Assembly (NCBI GenBank): GCA_038087875.1
Contig: CM075988.1
Coordinates: 24,740,001-24,804,000 of the forward strand
Direction: 5' to 3'
DNA: 64,000 bases
Origin: Malacoraja senta
Taxonomy: Eukaryota
Part shown: positions 48,615 to 59,465 of the stretch, piece by piece
Layout: each line of letters starts with the position of its first letter
How positions within the stretch are numbered: position 1 is the first letter of the stretch
Position numbers and translations under genes: made by a program
The notes under the pieces: generated by a model
The model's database searches: none
What the model saw: the letters and a program-made list of their open reading frames with translations, nothing else
Told to the model about the DNA's origin: nothing

Positions 48615-48840
48615 GTAGATTATGAGGATTGGTCATTTACGTCACATTTGTGTTCCTAGAATATCGATGGTTGGGTGATTTTATTTTTGAAAGGAATAGA
48701 GAGACGTATTTAATTCTGCTGGAGGGACCTCCTTTGCAGAGTCTGCCATGGTCGTAATGTTTCCAGCATTGTCATGGGTGTCACCACCCATGGTTTCATC
48801 CATGGTTCAATGGATTATTTTGCTGCCTTTGGATCAGAGA

Positions 48841-49120
48841 ATTGAATTGGGAATCCACCAGCCCCTAGTGTTGGGAGTCCATACACTGACTAGGTGATTA
48901 AATAGGGTCTCAGCATGCTGACCAGTCATGTAACAGGCATTGGAATCTGTTTTTGTACATCCTGGGCAGGAAATACTGGTTACTGGTGTGTTGAAACTAT
49001 TTGGGCACTCAGTGCTATAGTTGTCATGCATGCTCAAATGTTTTTAGTTTGTGAGATTATTTTTCTTTGAGACATTATTAAATTCATATATTTAATCTAG
49101 TCAATGAATGGAAAATAGAC
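48841..49120 (+). repeat. Diverged ~275-bp direct repeat, copy A (copy B at 52529-52800)
   Basis: Shared blocks in the same order: CATGCTGACCAGTCAT, CTGGTGTGTTGAAACTA, GTGAGATTATTTTTCTTTGAGA, TCAATGAATGGAAAAT. Confidence 0.85.
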
Positions 49121-49224
49121 TCAGCTTTATAGCAAGTTGACTGAACCATCATGACACTTCCCAACGTTCCCAGTGCAATACTAGGGGTTGTATTCCAGTA
49201 TTTACGGGTATTACAAGGCTCAGC

Positions 49225-49975
49225 CCAGCCACTCCCACTTATCCCCTCTCCCATCAGGCAAAAGGTACAGAAGTGTAAAAAAGCACACCTTCAGATTCAG
49301 TGTTTGAGAGGGAACTGCAGATGCTGGAACAATGGAAGGTAGACCCTAATGCTGGAGAAACTCAGCGGGTGAGGCAGCATCTATGGAGCGAAGGAATGGG
49401 TGACGTTTTGGGTCGAGACCCTTCTTCAGACTGATGAGGGGATGGGGGAGGGGGTGGGAAGAAGAAAGGAAGAGGCGGAGACAGTGGGCTGTGGGAGAGC
49501 TGGGAAGGGGAGGGGAAAGAGGGAGAAAGCAAGAACTACCTGAAATTGGAGAAGTCAATGTTCATACCGCTGGGATGTAAACTACACAAGCGAAATATGA
49601 GGTGCTGCTCCTCCAATTTACGGTGGGACTCACTCTGGCCATGGAGGAGGCCCAGGACAGAAAGGTCGGATTCGGAATGGGAGGGGGAGTTGAAGTGCTG
49701 AGCCACCGGGAGATCAGGTTGGTTATTGCGAACTGAGCGGAGGTGTTGGGCGAAGCAATCGCCAAGCCTACGATGTAGAGTAGCTGACACCTAGAGCAGC
49801 GGATGCAATAGATGAGGTTGGAGGAGGTGCAGATTCAGGGACAGTTTCTTCCCAGCTGTTATCAGGAAACTGAACATTCCTACCACAACTAGAGAGCAGT
49901 CCTGAACTACTATCAACCTCATTGGAGACCATGGACTATAGTTGATTGATCTTTACTGGCTTTATCTTGCAATAT
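49225..49975 (+). mobile_element. Rex1/Babar-like LINE 3' fragment (host of the Penelope insertion)
   Basis: Joined across the insert it translates PLPSGKRYRSVKKHTFRFRDSFFPAVIRKLN, a Rex1-type C-terminal motif. Confidence 0.75.
49301..49829 (-). mobile_element. 5'-truncated Penelope-like element: GIY-YIG endonuclease remnant plus hammerhead-bearing terminal repeat
   Basis: Minus strand reads TSSNLIYCIRCSRCQLLYI(deletion)RLGDCFAQHLRSV...RKLEEQHLIFRLCSLHPSGMNIDFSNFR*, then UTR and GTCTGAAGAAGGGTCTCGACCCAAAACGTCAC; 9-bp TSD CAGATTCAG at 49292-49300 and 49830-49838. Confidence 0.9.
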
Positions 49976-49982
49976 TCACACA

Positions 49983-50305
49983 TCAGTGTGTGCATGTGTC
50001 AGTGTGTGTGTGCGTGTCAGTGTGTGTGTCAGTGTGCGTGTGTCAGTGTGTGTGTGTGTGTCAGTATGTGTGTGTGTCAGTGTGCGTGCATCAGTGTGTG
50101 TGTGTGCGTGTGTCAGTGTGTGTGTGTATCAGTGTGATACAATATGATACAATTTATTTGTTGTCATGTGAACCTCATTGAGGTTCAAACGAAATTTGGT
50201 TTCTGCAGTCATACAAACAAGTAGAAGAACCAAGACACAACACAATTTACACAAACATCCATCACAGCGAATCTCCTCCTCGCTGTGATGGAAGGCAAAG
50301 TCTTA

Positions 50306-50341
<36 letters not shown>

Positions 50342-50942
50342 AGTGTGTGTGTGTCAGTGTGTGTATGTTAGTGTGTGTGTGTATCAGTGTGCATGTCAGT
50401 GTGTGTGTGTATCAGTGTGTGTGTGTCAGTGTGCGTGTGTCAGTGTGTGTGTGTGTGTCAGTGTGTGTGCGTGTCAGTGTATGCGTGCATCAGTGTGCGT
50501 GTGCGTCACCAGTGTGTGTGTGTCAGTGTATGTGTGTGTTAGTGTGTGTGTCAGTGTGTGCGCGTGTGTCAGTGTGTGTGTGTCAGTGTATGTGTGTGTT
50601 AGTGTGTGTGTCAGTGTGTGTGCGTGTGTCAGTGTGTGTGTGTCAGTGTGTGTGTGTGTCAGTGTGTGTGTGTGTGTCAGTGTGTGTGTGTCAGTGTGTG
50701 TGTGTGTGTCAGTGTGTGTGTGTGTGTGTCAGTGTGTGTGTGTCAGTGTGTGTGTGTCAGTGTGTGTGTGTCAGTGTGTGTGTGTGTCAGTGTGTGTGCG
50801 TGTGTCAGTGTGTGTGTGTCAGTGTGTGTGTGTGTCAGTGTGTGTGTGTGTCAGTGTGTGTGCGTGTGTCAGTGTGTGTGCGTGTGTCAGTGTGTGTGTG
50901 TCAGTGTGTGTGTGTCAGTGTGTGTGTGTCAGTGTGTGTGTG
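49983..50942. repeat. Compound CAGT(GT)n micro/minisatellite, split by an insert at ~50136-50307
   Basis: Directly visible variable-length GT runs punctuated by CA. Confidence 0.95.
50136..50307 (-). mobile_element. Probable LINE 3' tail with internal hairpins, inserted in the satellite
   Basis: Minus strand ends AATAAATTGTATCATATTGTAT; inverted repeats at 50169-50187 and 50258-50292. Confidence 0.55.
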
Positions 50943-50944
50943 AA

Positions 50945-51860
50945 TTCTGGCCCCGCTGCAATATCCGGTGTTGATTCTGTTTCAGGTGAATGATGCGTCG
51001 TGAGGTGAAGGGATGTGTAATTATTGAAAACCAGTGAATCTTTACAATGTAATAATGCACCCCTTGTCCTTCATGGCTTTTAAGTCATTTCTGATTGATC
51101 TCTAATTATTGGCGATTGATTCCCCGGAGAGGGGTCCCGGCCAGACAGGACTCCCCCCCCCCCCCCCCCCCTCTCTCTTTTCTTTCCGAAGCTTTGAGCA
51201 ATTCTCAGCTTCCACGAAATTGGACGGAAGATTTCCAGGGCAGCCTTGTGTTTCTGAAACCCTTCGAGTATCTGTATTCAATATCAGGCCCTTAAATCGT
51301 CGGCAAATCCACAGTCAGCGGAATAATAGATCGCCGCGTTCATTCACGGAAGAGAGTAGTTTTCGATTTGGAAGGACAAATGAAGTGGGACATTGTCTCC
51401 AAAAAAAAGGGGGGGGGGATTGAAGGATGGTTTCTTCGATTTTTTATTTTTGTGTTTTAAATGATGGAACTGGCTGGAGAGCATCGCGGAATCCCAGAGC
51501 TACACCTCGAACCCGCTGGACAGAGAAGGTAATGGCCAGGCATTGATTAGTGATCACATCAGCTTCACTTCCCCAATGAACAACAGTGACTCCTGAAGAT
51601 AATAAGTGGAGTCCAATTGATGGAGCAAGTTGGACTTTCTCACCCCGCCCCCTCTCCCCCCAAATTCATCAATGAGGAGATGTTCGTTTTCTACTTGGAA
51701 TCAATTGTGTGCGTGTGTGTTTTCTTTTTTAAACAGAGTTACAGAGCCCAAAAGAATGGGTAGGAAAAAATCTATAGATCACAAGTTGTGACGGCTCATG
51801 AATAAAGGGTAGAGATATATAATCCGGCAAGGTGCAGAGGAGGCGCCCAGTCCTGTACAC
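50945..51860. promoter_or_regulatory. CpG-enriched, repeat-free candidate promoter/enhancer
   Basis: About 30 CpGs in ~900 bp against a CpG-poor background; TGATTGAT 51092-51099, CCAAT 51613-51617, GC box CCCCGCCCCC 51643-51652, TATA-like near 51815. Confidence 0.4.
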
Positions 51861-52528
51861 TCAGTTTAGAATGACCTTTTTGAGAGTCAGGATGAGGCAC
51901 AAGGGTTGAGTGAGGCACACACACACACACACACACATATAGACAGCATTACTTGATTTGACTGCTTCACACGGCACAGGACTTCAAGCAGCACAACTTG
52001 AATCTCAAAGATTTCTCCCAGGCCAGGTATGCAATTATTTATATTTGCTAATTTCGTCTTTTGCACAGGTATACATTTCAGAAATCGTTTTGCACAGATT
52101 CTGTGCAAATGAATTAGCAATGTGTGTGTCAGGAGATATTATACAGGTTTGCTTGCATGTTTGTCAAGGCAGCTTCATTTAATAGTCTTTACCTTGAGAG
52201 ATGGATTATGTACAGATAAAACAGAAATGAAAGCTGCCTCTACCATTGCGTTACACCAGAAGTACTTTGGGTGAAAAATTGTTGTTGATTTTTTTTTTCA
52301 TTTTTATAAATGACCGGTTTTGAAAAGTTTTATGAAGCACAGCAATTAGTCATAAAACCATAGAGCTATTGTGTAGGTTCATAGATTATATGTATTTTAT
52401 TTTTAATTAATTAGTTAATGTATTTGTTCTGTGATTTCACAATGAATTAAATGTGTCTTTCCCATGTTGACCAGTCAGGGAGGTAGTTGATCTGGTGTAC
52501 TGTGGCCTCATGAACCGTCAGCTGCTGG

Positions 52529-52800
52529 ATTGACTTGGGGCATCTGCCAGCGCGTAGTGTTAGGGGTCCAGGCACTGACCAGATAATTAAATAGGCTATC
52601 CACATGCTGACCAGTCATTTGAATTAGTTGTTGTACATACTAGGCAGTAAATATTGGTTCCTGGTGTGTTGAAACTACTTGGCCACTTTGTGCCATCGTT
52701 GTGAAGCATATTCTTTTTTTTTTAAATTTAGTGAGATTATTTTTCTTTGAGATGTTATTAATTACAAATATTTAATCTATTCAATGAATGGAAAATGGAC
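52529..52800 (+). repeat. Diverged ~275-bp direct repeat, copy B
   Basis: Colinear with 48841-49120. Confidence 0.85.
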
Positions 52801-53119
52801 ACCTTGAAAAATGTTGAATGCACAATGTCAATTTTCATTCTCTCTTACTACATAATCCAAACAGGGTTGAAATCCTACTAATCTTTCATGACTAGTATCC
52901 CATGACTTGATTTCTACAGATGTTATTCCGTTTATTTTATTTAAGCCATGCAGGCAGGTTTAACAGTTTTTGAACAGGACCTCTTCAGACTACCTCATGG
53001 ACACCACATCAAATTTGAAAAGCGAGTCTATTCACCCTATTCTTCCCCAAAATAAATTTCTTCACCCTCCCCATCAGTGTCAATTTGTCGAACAACTCTA
53101 ATCAACAAATTGATTGATT

Positions 53120-53242
53120 GAGAAATGAGGAAAAACTTTTTTACCCAGAGAGTTGTGAATCTGTGGAATTCTCTGCCACAGAAGGCAGTGGAGGCCAATT
53201 CACTGGATATTTTCAAGAGAGAGTTAGATTTTGCTCTTAGGG
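53120..53242 (+). mobile_element. CR1 fragment
   Basis: MRKNFFTQRVVNLWNSLPQKAVEANSLDIFKRELD. Confidence 0.85.
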
Positions 53243-53590
53243 AGTTAGCTCTTAAAGAGTGTAATATATTATCTGCATTTAAATCAAACCGAGGAGTTGA
53301 TCCGTCATGGACTCAATTTATTGCGAGGAAATGCAACAGCATTGACTGGGGATCCCGAGCTTGCTGGTGGCTTTTGTGGATTGTTTAAACTTGCATCATC
53401 CAAATCAACCGTGAAATGTTGATGCAATGTCCTGACTGCAAGAGTCCACACTATTTGCTAACCTACTTTATGAACATTTGACATACTTTACTCAGTGTAA
53501 GTAAATTGCATTTCAAACCAAACCATAGCCAACTAGTCTTGACAGTAACAGTACACGGTGAGTCCAATATAATTTTTGTATTGTACTTAT

Positions 53591-53881
53591 GGGGCAGCAC
53601 GGTGGCGCAGCTGGTAGAGTCGCTGCCTCACAGTGCCAGAGACCAGGGTTCGATCCTGACCTCTGGTGCTCTCTGTTTGGAGTTTGCATGTTCTCCCAAT
53701 GGCTGCATGGGTTTTCTCCGATTACCTCCAACAACCCAAAGACGTGAGGTTAGTATGTTAATTCACTTTTGTAAATTGCCCCTAATGTGTACAGAGTGAA
53801 TGAGGAAGTGGGATAACATGGAATTAAGTGACTCGGTGCCCAAAGAGCCTTTTTTCCATGCTGTATCTCTGAATTAAACTA
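53591..53881 (+). mobile_element. tRNA-derived SINE (HE1/V-SINE-like)
   Basis: GGGGCAGCACGGTGGCGCAGCTGGTAGAG, GGTTCGATCC, GGAGTTTGCATGTTCTCCC and a CR1-like tail. Confidence 0.85.
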
Positions 53882-53897
53882 GCAAAATCATTTCACA

Positions 53898-54113
53898 AGA
53901 TAGGCACAACATGCTGGAGTAACTCAGCGGGTTACGCAGCATCTCTGGAGACAAGGAATAGGTGATGTTTTGGGTTGGACCCCTTCTGAGGAAATCTGTC
54001 AACCCGAAACGTCACCTATTCCTTTTCTCCAGAGATGCTGCCTGACCCACTAATTTATTCTGGCATTTTGTGTCTATCTTTGGTATAAACCAGTATCTGC
54101 AGTTCCTTCCTAC
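53898..54113. mobile_element. Fold-back Penelope-derived cassette
   Basis: Arms ~53898-53978 and ~54001-54078 are inverted; the right arm continues to the family 3' end CTGCAGTTCCTTCCTAC. Confidence 0.85.
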
Positions 54114-54247
54114 CATTAAACATTTCACACTTCTTCGTTATGTTAACTTTCATCTGCCCATTTCACCAGCCCAGTCTCCTCTGAAATCTATATCTATCAT
54201 CATATTCTTCATCACACTTCTGCGATCAGTGTCATTTACAGTCCTGC

Positions 54248-54400
54248 GGTAGACACAAAATGCTGGAGTAACTCAGCGTGACAGAGACCCTTAACGTCAC
54301 CCATTCCTTCTCTCCAGAGATGCTGCCTGTCCCGCTGAGTGACTCCAGCATTTTGTGCCTATCTTCGATTTAAACCAGCATCTGCGGTACTTTCCTCCAC
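54248..54400. mobile_element. Fold-back Penelope-derived cassette with internal deletion
   Basis: AGACACAAAATGCTGGAGTAACTCAGCG versus CGCTGAGTGACTCCAGCATTTTGTGCCT. Confidence 0.8.
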
Positions 54401-54469
54401 CTTTTGTCCTGATATTGGTTCCTTGACTTGATGTTGGTTTCCGATTGTGTTCCGATCAATTGAGTCATA

Positions 54470-54820
54470 AGGTTCATGTCCCACTTATTGAAAATTTAGA
54501 CTGACACCTCAGTGCAAAACTCATTGGAGTGTAGCATCCTCGTACTTCAAACAAGATGTTAAAACACAAAATGCTTTGTTCTTTAGGTGAGGACGTAAAA
54601 GATTCAGCAGCATAGTTTTGTAAAATAATGAAGTTCTTCCCCTGTGTATTGGACAATTTGCGCCTCAATCAAAATAGGTTATTCAGTTATTTTCATATTG
54701 CTATTTTATGTTCTTGCTGTTGTATTTATTACATGTTTTCAATGATTGCACTTCAAAAATGTATCATTGGTGTCAAAGTTCTTTGAGACAACTCAAGGGC
54801 AGAAAAGCTTCATATTTTGA
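54470..54820 (+). mobile_element. Deu-domain SINE (SacSINE1/AmnSINE1-like), diverged near-complete copy
   Basis: Ordered blocks GACTGACACCTCAGTGCA, AGATGTTAAA, AGGTGAGGACGTAAAAGAT, GTTCTTCCCCTGTGTATTGGACAAT, CACTTCAAAAATGTATCATTGG; family named from memory. Confidence 0.55.
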
Positions 54821-55146
54821 AAAGTTAGAGGAAGGGTTTAGGGTTCTGTGAATGTTGGTCATTTGTGTTACTACTAGGGCAGTACAATAGGATACGAATA
54901 CATCGCTGGAGGAGCTCAGGGGATCAGGCAGCATCTGCGGAGATGAAATGGACAGCTGAGGTTTTGGATCAGGGGCCTTTTTCAAATATATGAATAACTT
55001 GTGCATTCTCCCATTGACTTAATCAGCAATAGGAGAATTCAGCACCTATCCCTCTGACCTCTCTCTCTCTCTCTTGAGTGTTTGAAGATTCCTCTTCTTC
55101 CCCCAGTTCTGGTCATTTCATGTGAAGGATTTTCACTTCACTATCA

Positions 55147-55252
55147 GACACAAAAAGCTGGAGTAAATTAGTGGGTCAGACAGCATCTCTGGAGAAAAGG
55201 AATAGGTGATGTTTCAGGTGGAGACCCTTCCTCAGACTGGGTTCTTCAGACT
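55147..55252 (-). mobile_element. Penelope-derived cassette
   Basis: AAAAGCTGGAGTAA...GGAATAGGTGATGTTTCAGGTGGAGACCCTTCCTCAGACT. Confidence 0.8.
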
Positions 55253-56644
55253 AATTTCACTATTAATGGCTTCATATTCATTTTCTGTGATCCTACAGTG
55301 TCGTCCCCCCCCACCTTGCCCTATTCTCGCTTCTCCCCCCCTCCCCCACCCCCCTTCCTCTCATCACCCCTTATTCTGCCACCCATTTTAGCACCCCACC
55401 TCAGTTGGTAAACTAAAGAAGACATAGATAATGTAGCAGAGATTAGCATTCCCCTTTTTACAATGAGCATTTTTTATGAATACATTGGACTGGCTTTTCA
55501 TATTTTCGTAACGTTCGTTGTACATGTGGTGCAGGATGTTGGATAAAATGGGTCATGTGTAAGGAAGAGCTAGTACTCTTGAGCCCTGACCCAAAAAGCC
55601 ACCAATCCATGTTCTTCGATGTCTTTGTCTGACCCGTTGAGTTACTCCAGCATTTTTCTTTTGCTCTTGAACCGAGCTACGCATGCATCGATATATGCAG
55701 GAAAAGAGAGGAATAAAAATGAAGGGGACAAGAAAAATGAAACTTTCTGGATTAAACACATCTTTATGGGTTTGGCAACATCTCATGATTTTATTCTTTG
55801 TATTTCTGCTTTTCAGAGAATCTAAACTGGGCCTTTCCTTTAGTTTTTACCTCCAATTCTCTCTTAAGATGACATGATTCCATAACATTTAACGGTAAAT
55901 AGGTCAGTTTAAAAGTCAGATAAGAAGCTCTTGCAGTGTTTCACTGGAGTGCGCGAAACCTTTGTGCAGAAATAAATCAATGGTTTCTTCCTCGTGAGCC
56001 TTGACTTTATTGGGCTATAATGTACTATCTTAATTTGTCATACTGAGGATGGAGAGTTGCAACATACTTTTCCCTGCATATGGACTACTGACATTTTAAA
56101 GAGTCCAGTGTCCCATATTTTATGATCTGTGGATTAAATATATATTGCACTGCACAGACTTGCTTATAGAATCCAATAATCTCAATTTGATGTTCATATA
56201 AAAGGATTTAGTGAGTGCTGTTAAACCCTTCTCGAGATACATAAATGCAGACGTGCCGGGCTTATTCTGAAGAGAAGAAATAAAAGAAGACTTTCAAGTG
56301 CATCCTTCAAGTGGAAAGCGTCTGAGCCTTATTGATTTTGTATTTATAGATGTGCAAATGTGGATTTGTCTTCTCTTTCTTTTCCCCCCAAAAGGACGAT
56401 CAAGGTTGAGTCTTAACAGCGAGATACGATTCACAGGAGGAATGCTAATGAAGCATTAAATGGGAATGTTTGTAACACAGAGCAGACAAAAAAGAGGAAA
56501 AAGCATTAGCACTGCACAATGGAAACTGGAAGTTGAAGTTTTGCAAAACAGGATCACTAGCATTATTGTGAATAAAAGATGCGTTGAGGCACTTGGCTGA
56601 TACCGAACGCTTTGATGCATCTTGTCCATGAGTAACTTTGTAGA

Positions 56645-56868
56645 TTTGCTTTGTACTGAAGTCTCCCCATGACCATTGTGGGTTTTCTCCAGGATCTCTA
56701 GTTTCATCCCACACTCCAAAGGCTTGCAGGATTGTAGGTTAATTGGCTTTGGTAAAATTGTAAAAATTGTCCCTTGCGTGTGTAGGATAGTGCCAGTGTA
56801 CGGGTGATCACTGGCCGGCACGTCACAGCGGCCGAAGGGCCTGTTTCCATGCTGTATCTCTAAACTGA
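56645..56868 (+). mobile_element. tRNA-derived SINE, 5'-truncated
   Basis: Central domain and GGCCGAAGGGCCTGTTTCCATGCTGTATCTCTAAACT tail. Confidence 0.8.
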
Positions 56869-57142
56869 AGTGCTGGCCACGCTTTGTAATCTTGAAATTA
56901 TTATCTTCATGTTTATATCCTTCCATGGCCTTACTCCTTTTGTTCTGAAACCTCCAGAAACTGAGTAACATTGAAGTTCTGTGACTCTGGCCTTGTCCAC
57001 TCCAATATTCATTGCTTTACTGTTGTCCTCCTGGCTTTAACCGGTTAGACCCTAAGCTTCTGCGATCTCTTCCCACGTCCTTCCAATGCTTCAACTCTTT
57101 TAAGACAATACCGTGCACCTACCTGTCTAATCATAATGCTGT

Positions 57143-57252
57143 TCAAGAAGGAACTGCAGATGCTGGAAAAAAGAAGGGTTTCGGCCCGAAACGTTGCCTA
57201 TTTCCTTCGCTCCATAGATGCTGCCGCACCCGCTGAGATTCTCCAGCAATTT
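57143..57252 (+). mobile_element. Penelope-derived cassette with short inverted end piece and 19-bp TSD
   Basis: TGTCTAATCATAATGCTGT (57124-57142) and TGTCTAATCGTAATGCTGT (57253-57271); same UUCG-loop subfamily as 3957-4054. Confidence 0.85.
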
Positions 57253-58911
57253 TGTCTAATCGTAATGCTGTCTTGGTGACATTTCTTTCTGAGTGAATTC
57301 CTTGTCATGCTTTTCTACATTTAATGCTCAATATGACTAATTTTTTTAAATATATCTCAGTCTCCTGAAAAACTTTAGTGTGTGCATTCAAATCACTCTA
57401 GCTTTATTTCACTGTTAACGAGAACAACAAGTGGGTCCTTTACCAATAAAGTATATAACCACACCTCCCTTTTATACCAGTAAATATGAAGGTAAAATGG
57501 GATGCTTTGTATAGTTTTAGTGATTCTTGCACAATGTGATAACTGCATTGAAGAGGGTAATTCCTGGTACAGTAGGGTTGTTTAATGAAGAGAGAATGCA
57601 GCTGGATTTTCCAAAAAGTAGAAGAATGGTGAGTTTTTTGGGGGCTATATCTAAGGGTCACTATGTCTAAAAATGTAGTTGTCCATTTAGGACAGTGTTG
57701 AGAACAAAAATCTTGATTCCAAGAGCTGTGAACCTGTTGAATTATCTGCCTCAGAGGGACATAAATGCTTGGTTATTACATTCATGCTTCAAATCAGATA
57801 ACATTAGGATACTGTAAAATGTGGATTGATTGGGATAGTGTTGTTGATGCAAACTTTCTGTCACAATGTTCCTGAAGAGTAGTGTTGGCTCAAGTGGGGT
57901 TATAGCCCAGTTTAGCATTTCAGAAATTCCCTTGAAATGCAGAGCGCCATCTGATGGAAAAGAATGAATAACATGGAAAAAGTGCAATTGTGGCTGCTGC
58001 CTGGCATAGATTGGGTAGATAAGGGGAAGAAAGGTCCAATCGAGTAATGAAACCCAAGGGATTACAGTAAGATGTGGATGTTACAAAGGTTCCTGCTTGT
58101 CCACATGGTGAAACAAACAAATCCATCGCGGCTTTGGCTCTCTTCATTTTTCTAAATTGTTTCCTGCTTGCCATCCTGTGAACTGCAGTTTTGCTCAACT
58201 CCCCCTTCAATGTACATCTGGGAACAGAAATCTAGAAATGATGGTCTGATTCATATCTCAATGACCCACGAGAGCAAACGAGGATATAATCTGAGTTGCT
58301 TAGATGAAGAACTTGGTTAATTGATTTACACATGAGCAACTCTAAATTAGAATTTACGTTTAAAAAATGAACTGGGATTCAGTCAAAGACTACCACCAAT
58401 GTGTCGACATGAAGCAATCATTAAACATGTTGCATTTATGTCTTTTCATAGTAGCTTGCCCAAACTTGGGAACTGCAAAGTTTACAGATTTTATTGCATA
58501 TATATGCTTCAACAAAAGAAATTTGTCATTTATGGTAGTTTCAGGAATGAGCATGCTTTTTCGACATGAATCTTGGCTGTTGAAGTTCCTTGGACAAACA
58601 AAGAGTCAGACTGAAAGAATACAAGAATGCATTGACGATAGAATAGTGGTTCTTCACCAAGAAAAAGTACAGTCCAATGTGGCAAGTTGTAGGTCTCTTC
58701 ATTCTACTCATGCAAGAGGCCACTGGAATATTTTTGGATAATCACACCCTAATTGTCTGGTCTCTTTGGAAGCAACTTTCAGCAGTCTTGGGATTGCAGG
58801 TTGAAGCTTCTTGTTCACCCAATCCTCTGTTGACACTGTGTATATGATGTAAAGAAAGTGGATTTTATTGCCGCGTGTAATTATACCTTGATCTTTTTGA
58901 TCATGGAAGTC

Positions 58912-59180
58912 ATTTAGTTTAGAGGTACAGCACAGAAACAGGCCCTTCGGCCCACCAAGTCCACGTCAACCAGCGATCCCCGCACATTAACACTATCCAC
59001 ACACACTAGGGACAATTTACACTTACCCCAAGCCAATTAACTTATAAACCTGTACATCTTTGGAGCATGGGAGAAAACCGAAGATCTCAGAGAAAACCCA
59101 TGCGAGTCACGGGGAGAACGTACAAACTCCATACAGACAGCACCCGTAGTCTGCATCGTACCCGGGTCTCTGGCGCCGCT
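58912..59180 (-). mobile_element. tRNA-derived SINE interrupted by a MITE
   Basis: Tail, CR1-like part and central domain in reverse; breaks at TAA/GGGGCTGTCCCACT. Confidence 0.85.
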
Positions 59181-59182
59181 AA

Positions 59183-59465
59183 GGGGCTGTCCCACTGCAG
59201 TGACCTAATCTGCGAGTTTAGAAGAGTTTGCCCTCGACTCAAACTCGCAGCATGGTCGACACGAGGTCCCATGAGGTCACTGGAACTCTCCTTCATGCTC
59301 GAGGGAAGTTCCCGCATACTCGCGGCCTCAGCAAAGTCGCGGGAAAAATTGTCAGCATGTTGAAAAAATTTCCGCGAGTAAAAATTGGTTGGCATGGTTC
59401 TTTTGAACTCGTAGTGCAGTGGTGTTGGGTCGCTATGTAGTTACAGGCAGTCGAGGGCAGCCGAG
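59183..59465. mobile_element. Truncated MITE related to 20246-20573 (left TIR only)
   Basis: TAA-GGGGCTGTCCCAC start; shares GAGTTTGCCCT and CATGTTGAAAAA with the first MITE; no right TIR found. Confidence 0.7.

Noticed and set aside
48834..49037. ORF within direct-repeat copy A as a duplicated coding exon
   Set aside because: Copy B has a frameshifting indel, an early stop and mostly non-synonymous differences.
49942..50993. Val/Cys-rich ORFs up to 226 aa
   Set aside because: They are translations of the GT/CAGT satellite, open in several frames because the repeat lacks stop codons.
56456..56971. 171-aa minus-strand ORF
   Set aside because: Reads through an antisense SINE and an L2-like fragment; not a gene.
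58367..58741. 124-aa ATG ORF
   Set aside because: No recognisable domain or splice context; the length is compatible with chance in 64 kb.
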